64,000 nucleotides of DNA from the NCBI GenBank assembly GCA_030704615.1, contig CM060734.1:29016001-29080000 (forward strand). The letters are read 5' to 3'. Shown here piece after piece: positions 38,287 through 50,829 of the stretch. This stretch comes from Takakia lepidozioides. Lineage: Eukaryota; Plantae; Bryophyta. Numbering within the stretch: the first letter of the stretch is position 1; each line of letters opens with the position of its first letter. The notes under the pieces are model-generated. The model ran no database searches. It was not told the DNA's origin and was given only the letters and a program-made list of their open reading frames with translations. The position numbers and the translations under genes were made by a program.

Positions 38287-38899
38287 TTGGGAGTTAGGCG
38301 CGCGCATCAAGCGAGTAACTATGACTTGAAGGGGAGCTTACCGAAGTGAGGTGCGCGACAGCACTTGCCAAGGCCCAAGGTCAGGTTGAAGGGCCTCGGA
38401 AATTGGCGGTTCCTAGCCCAATGTTGATCATGAGGGAGGAGTTGACGAGGAGGGCCATGAGAGGCTGAGATAGCAAAGCACCTCGAATTAGTCAAGCCGG
38501 GTGAGGGCTTCTACCCTGCTACGCATTCGTGGGGGGGGGGGGGGGGGGGGGAGGAGGAGCTACGGGCCGGTTTGGAGCGGCCTAGCCGATCAGCGATGCC
38601 GCCCCCTCAGCCTGAGCGGTCAGCAATGAAGGGCCTGGACTACGGGGCGCCGCCGCCGGCTATGGTCGACATCTGGAACCTACTTCCAGCGGCGCTCCGG
38701 GAGGGGATAGCACGGGGACTTCCGGCAGCGGGGACTCCTGCCACATTGGGTGACACTGGGGCCGAGTCGGCCAAGCTTGCAAAGGTGCAACCGTTGCACC
38801 TTGCCCATTCCATGTTTTGTCATTTCCTTTGCATGCATGTATTTCTTTCTTGTTTGTTTCTTTTTTGAATTTGGGGGGGGGGGGGGTATTCGTCTTCAG

Positions 38900-40260
38900 G
38901 AGGCAGAGACATTCTTGGCCGGTTGGGTGCACTCCCGTGGGGTTGCCAATGAGGCAGAGCATATGGTGTTGATGAAGGACCCGAACACCAAAGGTAAAAA
39001 GAAGAGGCCTCGACCTCCCGAGGTCCCTTTTACCATCAATGAAGGGGCTGCCGTGGAGAGGGAGAGGAGGGAGAGGGAGAAGGAGAGAGAGGAAGTAGCG
39101 GGGAAGGGGAAGGAGGTAGTCGTGGAGAAGGGGAAGGAAAAGAAGAAGAGGAAGAAGTCCCATGGAGACGACGGGGTGGGTGTGCGTGCGGGGGAGGGCA
39201 GTGGGGTAACGAAGGAGGTGGGGAAGGAGCATGCAAAGAAGGGAGAGGGTGGGAAGAAGAAGAAGAAATCCCGGGGGATAAAGGAGGTGGCCTTGGCAAA
39301 GATCGTTGTGCCACCGGTGGAGGTCAATAAGCATGGTGACCCGTGCGGTGCATTTTGGGCGGCTATGAAGGGGCCAGCCTTCGAACTCGCAATGGCGTGG
39401 TTCCCTTGGCACATCGAGTGGGGTGATCAGCACTATGGCCAGAAGCGAGTATGCCCGTGAGTTAGACCGCCGGTTTCCGGGCAATTGGAGTGAGACAAGG
39501 GTGATGGAGATGGTGGGGCAGAACTTGAAGAACAAGAGGTACTGTGCCAGACAAAGGATTCGGAGGGCAATGGAAAAGGGGGTCACACCCAACCTTTTGG
39601 AATTTCATAGGTTGGCAAATCCTTGAATCATTTCACCTTCCATTTGTTGCATGTGCATTAATGAGGTGGATTCAATGCAACGTATGTGTGTAATTCACTA
39701 ATTGTGGGGGGGGGGGGGGGTGCATAGGTATCGTGGGATGCGCTCATTGCGGGAGAGAATGATGCGGCAAACAAGGATAAGTTTTAGAGGGCACGCAAAG
39801 CAACAACAATCCGCCTTAAGAAGCACAAATCCACACAGAAGTGGGGCCCCGGCAGATCGAGGGGTTTTATATGTATTTTGTTATGTCTTCTTTCTGGCTC
39901 CATCATCGTGAGAAACTGACTTTAATTTGTGGCATGTGTAGGAAACCATGTTTGAGAGGTTGCCATCTTCGGTAGAGTACGACTACGCCAAGGAGCATGG
40001 TTGGCAATCCCTCATGACCAACATGGCCAAGACGGAGGGGATGAGTGCACTACAAGGCACTAGTATGGCTGAGGGGGGGGAGGGGGTCATGGCCAGGGAT
40101 TGGATGAGAGCTATGTGGGTGTTAGGGGAACGCCGCCTGGTTTATGTGCTCAGGCGAAGGGCGCGGAGTCATCAAGTTCATCGGATAGCTCTGACTCCTC
40201 CTCTGACGATGAGGATGAGGATGAGGATGAGTAGTCCCAATCCGTGTAGGTCCCAGGGTC
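38900..40260 (+). pseudogene. Possible CACTA TnpA/Ptta-like accessory gene, decayed
   Basis: Lys/Glu-rich N-terminus, then VNKHGDPCG..WFPW..EW..NLKNKRY and ..RSTNPHRSG, loosely resembling En/Spm TnpA-type proteins. Introns and frameshifts present. Confidence 0.4.
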
Positions 40261-40519
40261 AGTCTATTGAACCCTTGTGAGAAAAGAATTCAGCTCATTG
40301 CTTGTAAATATATTTCCATTTGTACATATATTTCCATCTTCCATCTTATTCATGTGTCGCACGGCCTCACCCTCGATTCATGCTTGCTTGAACCAATGCA
40401 ATAAACAAAATTGAGTTAAATCAGAGCAATGGAAGCTCTAATGTCTTCCAACACCCAAGAAAGAAACCAGGGAAAAACCCTAAATCACCCCCAATTCACC
40501 CCCCAAAATGGGGGCTGCT

Positions 40520-40644
40520 ATTTCATGAGCGGCATGAGCATGAGCGGGGAAAAAAAAAGCATGAGCGGACCATTGTGTGTCCACGGAAATAGGGTTAGGA
40601 GGCACGGAAATAGGGTCATATGAAGTTGGAATTTGGCACCAGTG
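40520..40644 (-). mobile_element. Possible CACTG-type terminus with short subterminal repeats
   Basis: Reverse complement begins CACTGGTGCC. Nearby are CATGAGCGG x3 and CACGGAAATAGGG x2. No partner end confirmed. Confidence 0.35.
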
Positions 40645-43174
40645 GACTCGTCATAGCAATGAAATGCAACATTTTATTGCAAATTTTGTGGCAAGCCACA
40701 TCTATACAAGTGTGTCCTAACTGTCATAGCCGGAATGGGCACTACTCTCCTACACCCTCCGAGGAACTTGCCCCACCTTCCTCCTCATCCCCCTCATCCC
40801 CCCCCATCCTCTGAGCTATGAGATGCATCAGTTCCACTATGCCTCTCAAAAATACCGTACTCTCCTTGGGGGACTGTCACCTCACCTCCTGGGAATCTTC
40901 TGCCTCTTCTCCCCCACTTTCCTCAGCAGAATCCAAGACAAATCTACGAGCCTGACGGGCTCTAATAGCTGCTGCCTCCTCCCTCATCTTCATTTTCTTG
41001 AGGTTTGCTCCGTCTAAAATCTGTTGTACACGACTAGGTTCGGAAGACCTCATAATTGACACCGAAGCAAGCTGGGTAGCATAAGTAGGAAGGATGTAGT
41101 CCCTTTCTGGACTCGGCATGAAATCCCCCCTGGCAAAAAAAGGCACGTTCCTCCTGCCCATAAACTGCGGTGTAGACGTCCCTCCTGCAGTACTTGGCAT
41201 CCTACAGTAAGAACAAATCCACTTCAAGAATGTCAATACCAACAGAAGCACAAAGGGTCTTTCAATGAAATAAGAGAGCGAAGGGAGGTGCCTCACAAAA
41301 TCAGGAGGCAACTTACAATGCGACCACTCACTCGTAAACCGGGGGCTCCTCGGCCTCGATCCCAACTTGTACCTCCCCCTGCTCCTTGTCGGATTCTTCC
41401 TCATCCTCCGAGGATGCCTCTTCTTCTTTCGGCAGACGTTCAGCCGCTGCAAGTTCGGAGTTGTGGAGGGCAGTATCTGGCTCGAAGGCGAAGACATGCC
41501 TGTCGGACAACGTCCCTGCCCACATTGAAGTACCCGATGGACAAAGCGGGCAGTTAGTAGCATGCGGCATGCAATTGCAATCGGGCCAGGGGACAAACTG
41601 TGCACGTGAAGGCTTACCCGTGCCGCATGTGAGGCCAAGAATCCGCCCTTGGACATCCGAGCACGTCTCCATGAGGGTTTGGATGAAAGCAGGGGGTCCG
41701 GCTGTACCGCCACGGTTTGCCTGTCTTTGTGTCCTTCGACATACTAGAGTGGGGCACATAGTTGTAGAGGACATCGTAGGTGACAGGGTCCACAGCGGCA
41801 TCAACAAGACGACCGTCGTTGCGGAATTTGAACGTAGACCCTCTCTTCACAAAACAATATGCCTCAAACACTAATGTCTGCACATCCAACAAAAGAGGGA
41901 TTAACTCCAGGGTCTAGTTCAGATACACCACAATATGAAGTGAATGCAATAGATTGATAACTTACACTCTGGCCCTCTGTTCGCAACCCCTGCGTATTGA
42001 TGCAGAACCATTTTTTGAGGAGAACCGGGGTGACACTTTTCGGTGTCCACCTTGCCACAACATTGTCTGTGGTCTTTCCTCTTGTGGCAAGGACCACAAT
42101 ACATCCACCATCATCCAGGAGCATCCCCGCCAGCCCAAACCTGGCTCTCCAGTAGTCCTCAGTAAACCTGTTCCAGGTGGGTACACCACCCAGGCCCTCC
42201 AGCAGCTCCCCATCTGGAATATCGAGGAGAATCATATCGCAGGCTCTCTCCACCTCAAACCCCCCCCCCCTGAGTGCTCTTGCAATCCGTGCTCATAGCC
42301 GTGAAGAATTCCATCATGGATTCGAAACCACGGGTGTCTTTAGGCTCTATACTGGGAGCCCTCTTCTTGGCTTTCCCCTTCAGCTCCTCCACAGACTTGC
42401 TGTGTGCCACCTTCTTCGCCCTGGCAGCCAGAGTGTCAAGGAAGCTCTCATTGACACATTGGATGATGGTTGGGGGTTCTAGCTTTGGCCTCTGCGGAAA
42501 CGTCACCGCCGAATACCGCCGTGTAGGCTCGCCCTCAAATGCCAACTTCTTGGCAGAGCCAGTCCCAGTCCGAACTGACTTGGGAACCCGGACGACCGGT
42601 GACAGCAGTAGCAGTCGCAGGACCTTGCACAAAGTCGTCGTCGGAGTCACTCCCTTGGGGCCCCTCCCGCGCCTCCTCTGGTGCCCCGGTGGTTTTCTGT
42701 TTTTTGGGGGTTACTGTACTCCCCTGTTTCCGTGTCCTTTTCTTTTGACCTTTATTCTTCTCATTCAATTTCTCCTGAATACCTGCCTAAGCAAGCTCTG
42801 CCGCTTTCTAGGACTTGGTAAGCGCTTTCGCCTCCTTTGGACCCATCGGAGGCAGCGGAGCCCGGTTTCGTCGGGCCTCCACATCCAGCTTCAATTGAAA
42901 CTCGGATGAGTCGAGCGAGCCGAGCGGAAGGTCCACATACCAAGGGCAGTTGCGCAAATGTTCCAGATGCCACTCCTTCACGATAACGTCAGTGTACATG
43001 GAGTCAGCCCCAGGGTTCCTCCATGCGAGGAAGAATGGCGGCTCGAAGGACAGATGACCTTTCTCCAAAAGAGAGAACTTGTTGTACCTGCATTCAAGAA
43101 ACACACACAGAATGAGGTCTCGGGAACAAGGTAAATTTTAGGGAATGAAACTGCAAAATAGACGCGAAAAATTG

Positions 43175-43830
43175 CGCCGAATTTCCAGTTTCGGTGCTAG
43201 CCACCCCAGGGACTGAGCCATTTTCGGGGCCCTGAACTGGAAATTCGGCGCCATTTTCCCAGATTGGGGCCAAAAATGGTTAAGTCCCAGAACTGACTGC
43301 GGCCGCAACTGGAAAAATGGCGCCGAATTTCCAGTTTCGGTGCCAGCCACCCCAGGGACTGAGCCATTTTCGGGGCCCTGAACTGGAAATTCGGCGCCAT
43401 TTTCCCAGATTGGGGCCAAAAATGGTTAAGTCCCAGAACTGACTGCGGCCGCAACTGGAAAAATGGCGCCGAATTTCCAGTTTCGGTGCCAGCCACCCAA
43501 GGGACTTAGCCATTTTCGGGGCCCTGAACTGGAAATTCGGCGCCATTTTCCCAAGTTGGGGCCAAAAATGGCTAAGTCCCAGAACTGACTGGGCCCGGAA
43601 CTGGAAAAATGGCGCCGAATTTCCAGTTTCGGTGCCAGACACCCCAATGACTTAGCCATTTTCGGGGCCCTGAACTGGAAATGCGGCGCCATTTTCCCAG
43701 GTTGGGGCCGAGAATGGCTAAGTCCCAGATTTGACGGGGCCTGCAACTGGAAAAATGGCGCCAAATTTCCAGACTGAGTGCCAGCCATCCCCCAGGGCCC
43801 GAATCTGGAAATTCGGCGCCATTTTTCCAA
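43175..43830. repeat. 146-bp tandem repeat (~4.5 units) in the intron of copy 3, two GGAAATTCGGCGCCATTTTCC-type quasi-palindromes per unit
   Basis: CGCC(G/A)AATTTCC recurs at 43175, 43321, 43467, 43613 and 43759 (exact 146-bp period), inside intron 43088-43921. Confidence 0.92.
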
Positions 43831-45116
43831 GGACTTCTTCACAACTAATTTTCATGCGCCACATAAGGCCTCTTAAATCCTCGAAATGTAGGGACTAAAA
43901 AGAAAGGCATCGCGTATGTACCTGTACAGAAGGCGCATTGCCGCTTTGTCCGCGTTCGGCTGGTCGGTGAACTCGTGGCTCCGGCGGGCATGGGGTATCT
44001 CTCGAAAGAATAGGTCGGTTTTGTAGAGCAGAAAGTACCTCGTCACATAGTCGCGTAGGCTCTCTGCTTCACTAGAAATCTCCAGCTTGAACTGATGTGT
44101 TTGTGTGTCAAGCTGCTCTTGCGCATTCGTCGTCACCTGTGGACATTCTCCATCCAACCGCTTTCCTCAAAAAATACAATAAATCCATCCGATACAAGAG
44201 TAGAAGCCCCAAATGAAGCGTGGGAAAGTACCTGAAACCACCATGTCATGCGGTTCATCCACATGTCGAATGTGGGGTCGGACAGTTTGTCGGGTTTGGG
44301 GAAGCTCCACATATCCCTTGTACTTTGGGAACCATTCCAGATTTGGAGCCACCGGGTCTGTCCAACCACCCAGCATATTAGTAAGCGCCAAACACCACAA
44401 CAACAAATTGCTGCCACGACAATTTGGTTAAGAATGTATAACCTTTTCTGTTGCATCCACACAGGATGTGGCTAGACGATGCAGCTTCTCCAATGTCATC
44501 GTGGGCTTTAGAGCGCGGGAGTAGTGCTTCCCCACCTCCACCAGAAAGTCGGCACCAAGGGCGGGATCAGCTATGGCCACGTACTTTACCATCCGCGACT
44601 TGTACTTTATGCGGGCCTTCGCCTCCGCAACTTTGAGATACGATTCCAGTGCCGGGAGGGTTAGTTTCTTCTCCTCTGACTCCATGTAGAACCTCCGCGC
44701 ATGTGCCAAATCCTGCTGAATTTTCGTCTGTCAAGAATGCACAGATATGATTAGAAATCCTGGTCAACACTTTTTCGTCTATTGGGGGAGGAGAGACAGA
44801 TAAGTTGAACAAAACAGTCAGGAGCTTTACCCGAAATATGTAGTCCACCATGGCGTCCATGCTCAGCCTATACCAGGTTCTGTCTGCCTTTGCCTCCGAC
44901 TTGCGCAACAGGTCGGCACTAAGCGAATTGGCAAACTCTTGCACCCCCTGCTTCCCGACATCCTTCACTCGGAAGAGCATATGGGACAAGTTGGTGGCAA
45001 TGAAGGCATTCTCAGTCACCCTGCAATGCCACATTTCCATTAAACAATACATAAATGAGAATTTGCAACAAATATGACGATTGGCAATGAAATGACTGTT
45101 TCAAATTTAAAGTTCC

Positions 45117-45443
45117 TGTCAAGTTATTTTACCACTAGTGTGAAACTAGCTAGGAAATAGCTAGCTTTTACATATTGACATTTGGGATTGGCCCAAGTAT
45201 CAATCCAGGGGTCAAGGCAGATTTAGGCCCTGGAGTGGTTATCTTCACGGCAAGCGCGGGAGGCTCATCTTTCTCGAGTTGAGCCTCACCGCGCCTAGCT
45301 ATGGCGCCGTAGTGTGGATTCCCCATGGCGTGGGGTGCACTTGGCTTGACTTGTATTTGAGTGATGAGGTTATATATGCATGAGTTTATGCTTCAGCTTT
45401 GTGAGCTCGTATGAGCTTGTGCTTGTATTCTTCTTCTTTATCA
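45117..45443 (+). repeat. Terminal repeat A1 (327 bp)
   Basis: Matches A2 (55678-56004); I saw one substitution (aagtAtcaat vs aagtGtcaat). Contains TATA-like TTATATAT. Confidence 0.95.
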
Positions 45444-46969
45444 CTCGAGAAAGATGAGCTCGTATCTGTGAGTGCCAGATACGAGTTAGTTGTAGCACTT
45501 GTGGTTTTTGCTTGAGAATGAGAGAAACCAAGTTGTTATGCAAGGAGCACCATGGAGCTCTTGGTTGTTAGAAGCGGAGGCGATGTGGGTTACGAGGTGG
45601 TAGACCTTGGCATTCGCTCTTCAGCTTCAGAGATGAAAGCACCATGCTGCAGGTAATTCCAGAGCACCTTGATGGTTTCAGATTGTGTACATGCATGAGC
45701 AAGCACGATTGGGAAGAGGACCAGTCAAGAGCAGGTTATAGTGGCTTTGGGGTGCAAAGCTGAGAACTGGACCTGGGAATGCGAGCTTTCATTGTGTGAA
45801 GGATTGCAAGACCAAGCGAAAGGGCTGATTTGGCTTGGGGCAAATCAATGCACTTTGTGGAGTATGGTGAGATTGGGTTTCAATCTCGAGCTTCAGCATT
45901 GAGAGGGCTCTTGTCATGGCAAGAGCAGGGCTGGAACAGGAGCTAAGAGGTGCGGCAAGGCCATGGAATGTGCACCTAGGGTTTCAGAGCTTGGAAGAAG
46001 AGCTCTGGCACCACAAGAGAAGTGTCTTGTGGCTGGAAATGTAAGCCTTAGGGTTTCAAGAGCTTGGCAAAGGCTGTGGAGTGCTTAGTCTTGTCTTAGA
46101 GAGCATCAAGGAGCCAAGGAGCCAAGATAGGGGGCTGATATCTCTTGTGTGAAGAGGTTGCATGTGTGGAGCATGTATTCAGCTCATTGAAGCTTCCATC
46201 TTCAAGCTTGGAGGGCAAGCAAGGAAGAGGGAAGGGCTGACTTCCCTTATGTGAGGGCAATGTATGTGTGGAGCATGCTATCAGCCTGGTGAAGGCTTGC
46301 ACTTTTAGGTGTGGGAGTGCAAGAAAGGAAGGAAGGGGCTGGTTTCCCTGTAGGGCATGTAGAGCATGCTTTCAGCCTGCTGAAGCTTGTATTTTCAGGT
46401 TTGTGGGTGCAAGAAATGAAGCAAAGGAGCTGATTCTCTTATGGTGAGAGTGGGGCATGTGTGGAGCATGCCTTCAGCCCATTGAGGCTCTTGTTTTCAA
46501 GCCTTAGAGAGCTAGAACGGAAGGTCTAGGGCTGGTTTCCACTTGGAGTGAAAGAAAAGCACTTGTAGGGCCTATGTGAGTTGGGGTTTCAACTTCAAGC
46601 TTGAAGGGAGCGCAACTCTTGAAGCAACAGGTGTAGAGGGCTGGAATAGGCTCTAAGACAGATGCTATGGCCAATGAGAGTGCTTGAATGAGTGCTCACA
46701 AGGGCTGGGAACCAGCAGGGCTTGGTTGTTTGCCATTGAGTTTAGTGGCGTGTTTGGGGAGGCTAAGTGAGAAAGAAGGCTTGGTTTGTGGCAACCACCT
46801 CATGGCTTAGGGCTACTATGGTGGTGTGTGGGAGCCGAAAGAGCAAGGATACCTTGCTGATTTCCTCACAGCCACCATAGCTCGGTGGAAAGAAGCCTAG
46901 AGTCCAAGAGACACAAACCCTAGCTTGGCGTGGCTAAACCCCTTGGAGAAATGGCTAAACTGCCAGAGC

Positions 46970-47560
46970 GGCCATGGGTGGGGCTGTGATGGGCTGTGAC
47001 AGGCTGTGACAGGCTGTGGCAAGCTGTGACGGGCTATGAGGGGCTGTGACAGGCTGTGCCCTGTGCCCTGTGGGGCTGTGACGGGCTGTGTCAGGCTGTG
47101 GCGAGCTGTGACGGGCTGTGAGGGGCTGTGACAGGCTGTGCCCTATGGCCTCTGGGGCTGTGACGGGCTGTGACAGGCTGTGGCAAGTTGTGACAGGCTG
47201 TGATGGGCTGTGACAGGCTGTGCCCTGTGGCCTGTGGGGCTGTGACGGGCTGTGACAGGCTGTGGCCAGCTGTGACGGGCTATGAGGGGCTGTGACAGGC
47301 TGTGCCCTGTGCCCTGTGGGGCTGTGACGGGCTGTGTCAGGCTGTGGCGAGCTGTGAGGGGCTGTGACAGGCCGTGCCTGAGGCCTTTGAGGCTGTGACG
47401 GGCTGTGAGGGGCTATGACAGGCTGTGCCCATGGCCTTTGAGGCTGTGACGGGCTGTGAGGGGCTGTGACAGGCCGTGCCTGAGGCCTTTGGGGCTGTGA
47501 TGGGCTGTGAGGGGCTGTGACAGGCCGTGCCTGAGGCCTTTGGGGCTGTGATGGCTGTGA
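46970..47560 (+). repeat. GGCTGTGAC(A/G) minisatellite in the retroelement leader
   Basis: Dozens of ~10-bp units with higher-order blocks. Confidence 0.9.
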
Positions 47561-48165
47561 CCAGTGAGCTGTGTGGGCCTGTGCTGGTCTGTGGTGGCCC
47601 GTGTTGACCTGTGGACGGCCTGTGCTGACTCGTGGAGGCACTGGTGGACTGCCTAAGGACTGGCATGTGGTCTGGAAGGCCGAATTTTGAAGCTCGTGGA
47701 GGTCGGTTTGAGGAGTATCTTCATGATATTCCCATGGTCATGCAAGTACAGGTGTAGGCTATGTTAGGAACTTAGTATTCCAAACCATAAGCCGCAACAG
47801 GTTCTCTACCCGGTTACCTTGTGAAGAGGGGGTTAGGGACATGTTCATGACCGGTTGAGTGTCAACACGGAGGTGCCACTAGTTGCTGGGGACAGTGCCG
47901 GTTCGAGCACTAGCGATACTAGTGGGTACACGAGACGAGGTGTGCGGTTTCCTGTAACAGTGCGTTGGCATTCAGAAAGACAAACGTGGACATTGCAGTT
48001 CACCAGTACAGATGAATACTGCAACAGCAGTAGTGCAGAAAGATCAGCACCCGCAGGCCACCTTCACCTCCTGTGTCTTCCACGGAAGGTTCTGATTCGG
48101 ATTGTGAATCAGGAGGACTCATACCGGCGGTGCAAGTTGTTTCTTTGCCATTGTTGTGGGACACA

Positions 48166-49332
48166 ATGGAGGAGATGTATGGAGCTACCAAGGGGCCACG
48201 AAGGTACTCTGGGGCGGTGGGCACCATCGAGTTGGATGATTTTATCCAAGAGTTTGATAGTTGGTGTGATTTGCAGCAAATGCGCAATCCACAACTATTT
48301 ACGCCTTTCATGGCATGGAAGGGGCTGTTTCGGCACCTTGAGGGGCCGCCTATGGATGATTACCATGAGTTCAGGCGGGGGCATGAGGTTGAGATCGAGG
48401 AGTGGAGGATGTACTGGTCACCCAACTATGTCTCCATCACTAGGGGCACTAGAGCCACGAGGGCAGTGGCTACACCTGCCGCTGCACCGGCAGCTTCAGC
48501 AAGTAGCAGTGGGACTGGTGGTACAGTAGCTACGACGTCCACCCAAGCCACTACCGCACCAGCACTAGCACCCGTGCCTGCCTTCAACCCTGTTGTGGAG
48601 TTCTTCGAAGAGTTGAGAGGGAACTACCAAGGGGTGAGGACAGAGAAGTTACGGAGCTTGCAAGAGTTCCAACGGAAGCCGACCGAGAGCTTGAGGGAGG
48701 CTTTCACTCGCATGAGGCGCTTGATAAATGTAACCCAAGGGGTTACGGAAGCTCAGGCAGTCCAATTCTGGTATGGGATATTGGACAAGGAGCTGAGGAG
48801 AAGGGTGCGGGATGCAACTCTCCTACAAGCGGCCCAACCCACCTTAGCAAATGTGTTTTTGCTAGCAGAGCGGATAGAGCTCAACATGGTGGAGGAACGA
48901 GTGGTCATGGTGGGATTTGCTAAGGAGACACCACGGGGTAGTGGTGCTCCTAGCCAACCACTACCCCAACGTGCTCAAGGCAACAAGGGGGCTCAGGTGA
49001 AGCTCAGGGAAGGGCAGAGAGGACCTCAGATGCAGGGGTCTCTCCCTTCATTTGCTGGCCAACAACGGGCGGATGTGGTGTGCTGGACATGTGGAGGACC
49101 CCATGTCAAGAAGGATTGCCCAGAGGGAGGCAAAGGGCCGGCACAGTTGCAGTGTGGGCATTGTGGCAAGCACGGGCATGGAGAGACCCAGTGTTATGGT
49201 TTGCATCCTGAGTTGCGCCCAGGCCAGTTCCAAGGGTGGCCGGGGGCGAGGTGGAGCAGTCCAGAGAGGACGAGGTGGCCAGCCACGAGGGCAAGCTCAA
49301 CATGGCCAAGGACGCGGAGGTCAAGGTGTTGA
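48166..49332 (+). CDS. gag: Gag with two CCHC zinc knuckles
   Basis: RRYSG..LDDFIQEFDSW, FQRKPTESLREAFTRMRRL (MHR-like), CWTCGGPHVKKDC and CGHCGKHGHGETQC. The frame changes into the pol frame near 49230. Confidence 0.85.
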   Translation: MEEMYGATKGPRRYSGAVGTIELDDFIQEFDSWCDLQQMRNPQLFTPFMAWKGLFRHLEGPPMDDYHEFRRGHEVEIEEWRMYWSPNYVSITRGTRATRAVATPAAAPAASASSSGTGGTVATTSTQATTAPALAPVPAFNPVVEFFEELRGNYQGVRTEKLRSLQEFQRKPTESLREAFTRMRRLINVTQGVTEAQAVQFWYGILDKELRRRVRDATLLQAAQPTLANVFLLAERIELNMVEERVVMVGFAKETPRGSGAPSQPLPQRAQGNKGAQVKLREGQRGPQMQGSLPSFAGQQRADVVCWTCGGPHVKKDCPEGGKGPAQLQCGHCGKHGHGETQCYGLHPELRPGQFQGWPGARWSSPERTRWPATRASSTWPRTRRSRC

Positions 49333-50039
49333 CCAAGGCATGGCCAACCGGCTTCAGCGGCTAGAGCAGAGGTTGGCTGCCATGGCTACAGCTCAGGTGG
49401 TACCGGCTCTAAGGCCGGATGGTCCACCTCCTGCTCCTGAGGGAGGAGATATGGGAGGCATGGGATTCATGTGTGGAGCAGCACTACCACTAGTGCAGGT
49501 GGAGTCTGCTGTAGCCATGACTCGAGGAGCAGCACGAGTTCCTGAGCCACGAGGTGCAGAGGTGGAGTTGGATCCACAGCGTGGGGAGGCAAGCCGTCAG
49601 GCTAGGCTTCCTCAGTCATTCACATTGGCGGAGACAGTGTCGACGCCATCCATGGCACCTAGTTCTCGCCCGACGGTTACCGAGGCGGAGGTTACTATGC
49701 CATTGGGGAGAGCTACACGGGTAGCACCACTACCTAGTGTTGCCAAGGCTACGGCAGCGAGTGTGCTGCTAAGACCGGCCACATCTGTGTGCCAGGCTCC
49801 ATTGTTCTCGGCTACCATGATTGCGACGCCGGGGGTAAGACCAGCTGAGGTATTCAGGCTGGCAGCTACACTCTGTGAGAGTGGGGAGGTTACTTCATCT
49901 TCTGCGGAGATAGTGGGAGGTGTAGTGCCGGAGGGATCCTCGGATTTGAGGGTCAAGACTGCCACGGCGGCGCCATGGCAAGCTGCAGCTGCCAGGTTGA
50001 TGGAGCTGCCAGCTAGGCCAGCCATTGAGCGCGCCATGG

Positions 50040-50430
50040 TGACACCTGGAGTTGTCATGTTAGACAACCAGGATGACATTTTTTGTTTGAGTGGACCGGC
50101 AGGCAAGAGGTACCGGCCACTGCGGGTTTTGTTGGACTCGGGAGCTCAGCCATTGATGCTGGGCAGAGCTGCTATTGCAGGCTTGGGCCTCACGGAGGCG
50201 GATATGGAGCCTTGTCCGTTCCAGATACAGACGTCTCTGGGAGGATTGGAGCAGGCTCGGGGCATGACACGGCGTGAGTTGGCTATCAGACTACGGCCGG
50301 ATCACCCTACAGATGGCTCAGTGATGCGAGCCAAGGCCATTGTGACAGACGCAGTCTCATACGATGTCCTGGTTGGTGGGGCAGTGTTGTACCCCATGGG
50401 CTTCACCCTGGATTTTTGGGAGGAGTCAGC
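50040..50430 (+). CDS. Aspartic protease domain
   Basis: RVLLDSGAQP ... YDVLVG within ORF 49052-52096. Confidence 0.85.
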
Positions 50431-50829
50431 TTCCTATAGGCCTGCATGGCAGTCAGGGGAGGGCCGGCGTGTGCAGCTTCCTGTGACGTTCATAGGAGGA
50501 GTTGCGGTTGCCCAACGAGGCAAGATGCCGACACTAGCAGCATTCACAGCGGCAGTGAGTTGGCCTAGAGAGTTGCTTGAGGGCAATGCTCATTCAGAGG
50601 ATGTACCACCTCCGGGAGAGCAGGATGACATGTATGGTATGGCGGAGTTGCCTACCATGGTTGCTCAGACTCCATTGTGGGGCACGAGCAAGGATTTGCA
50701 GCGGGATGCTGATCGACGGGTGCAACAAGCCTGGGTGGAGGCTTTTGTACCGTCAGGAGAGGAGGAGAGTGTGGGGATTGCACCAGGACCACCTCAATTG
50801 TCTCCATTGGACACCACACCTATTGTGTG

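Noticed and set aside
37686-38329. ORFs spanning the N run
   Set aside because: Artefacts of the assembly gap.
43138-43842. Repetitive ORFs on the - strand
   Set aside because: Translations of the 146-bp intronic tandem repeat.
46955-47666. Pro/Ser/Gln-rich ORFs on the - strand
   Set aside because: Translations of the GGCTGTGAC minisatellite.
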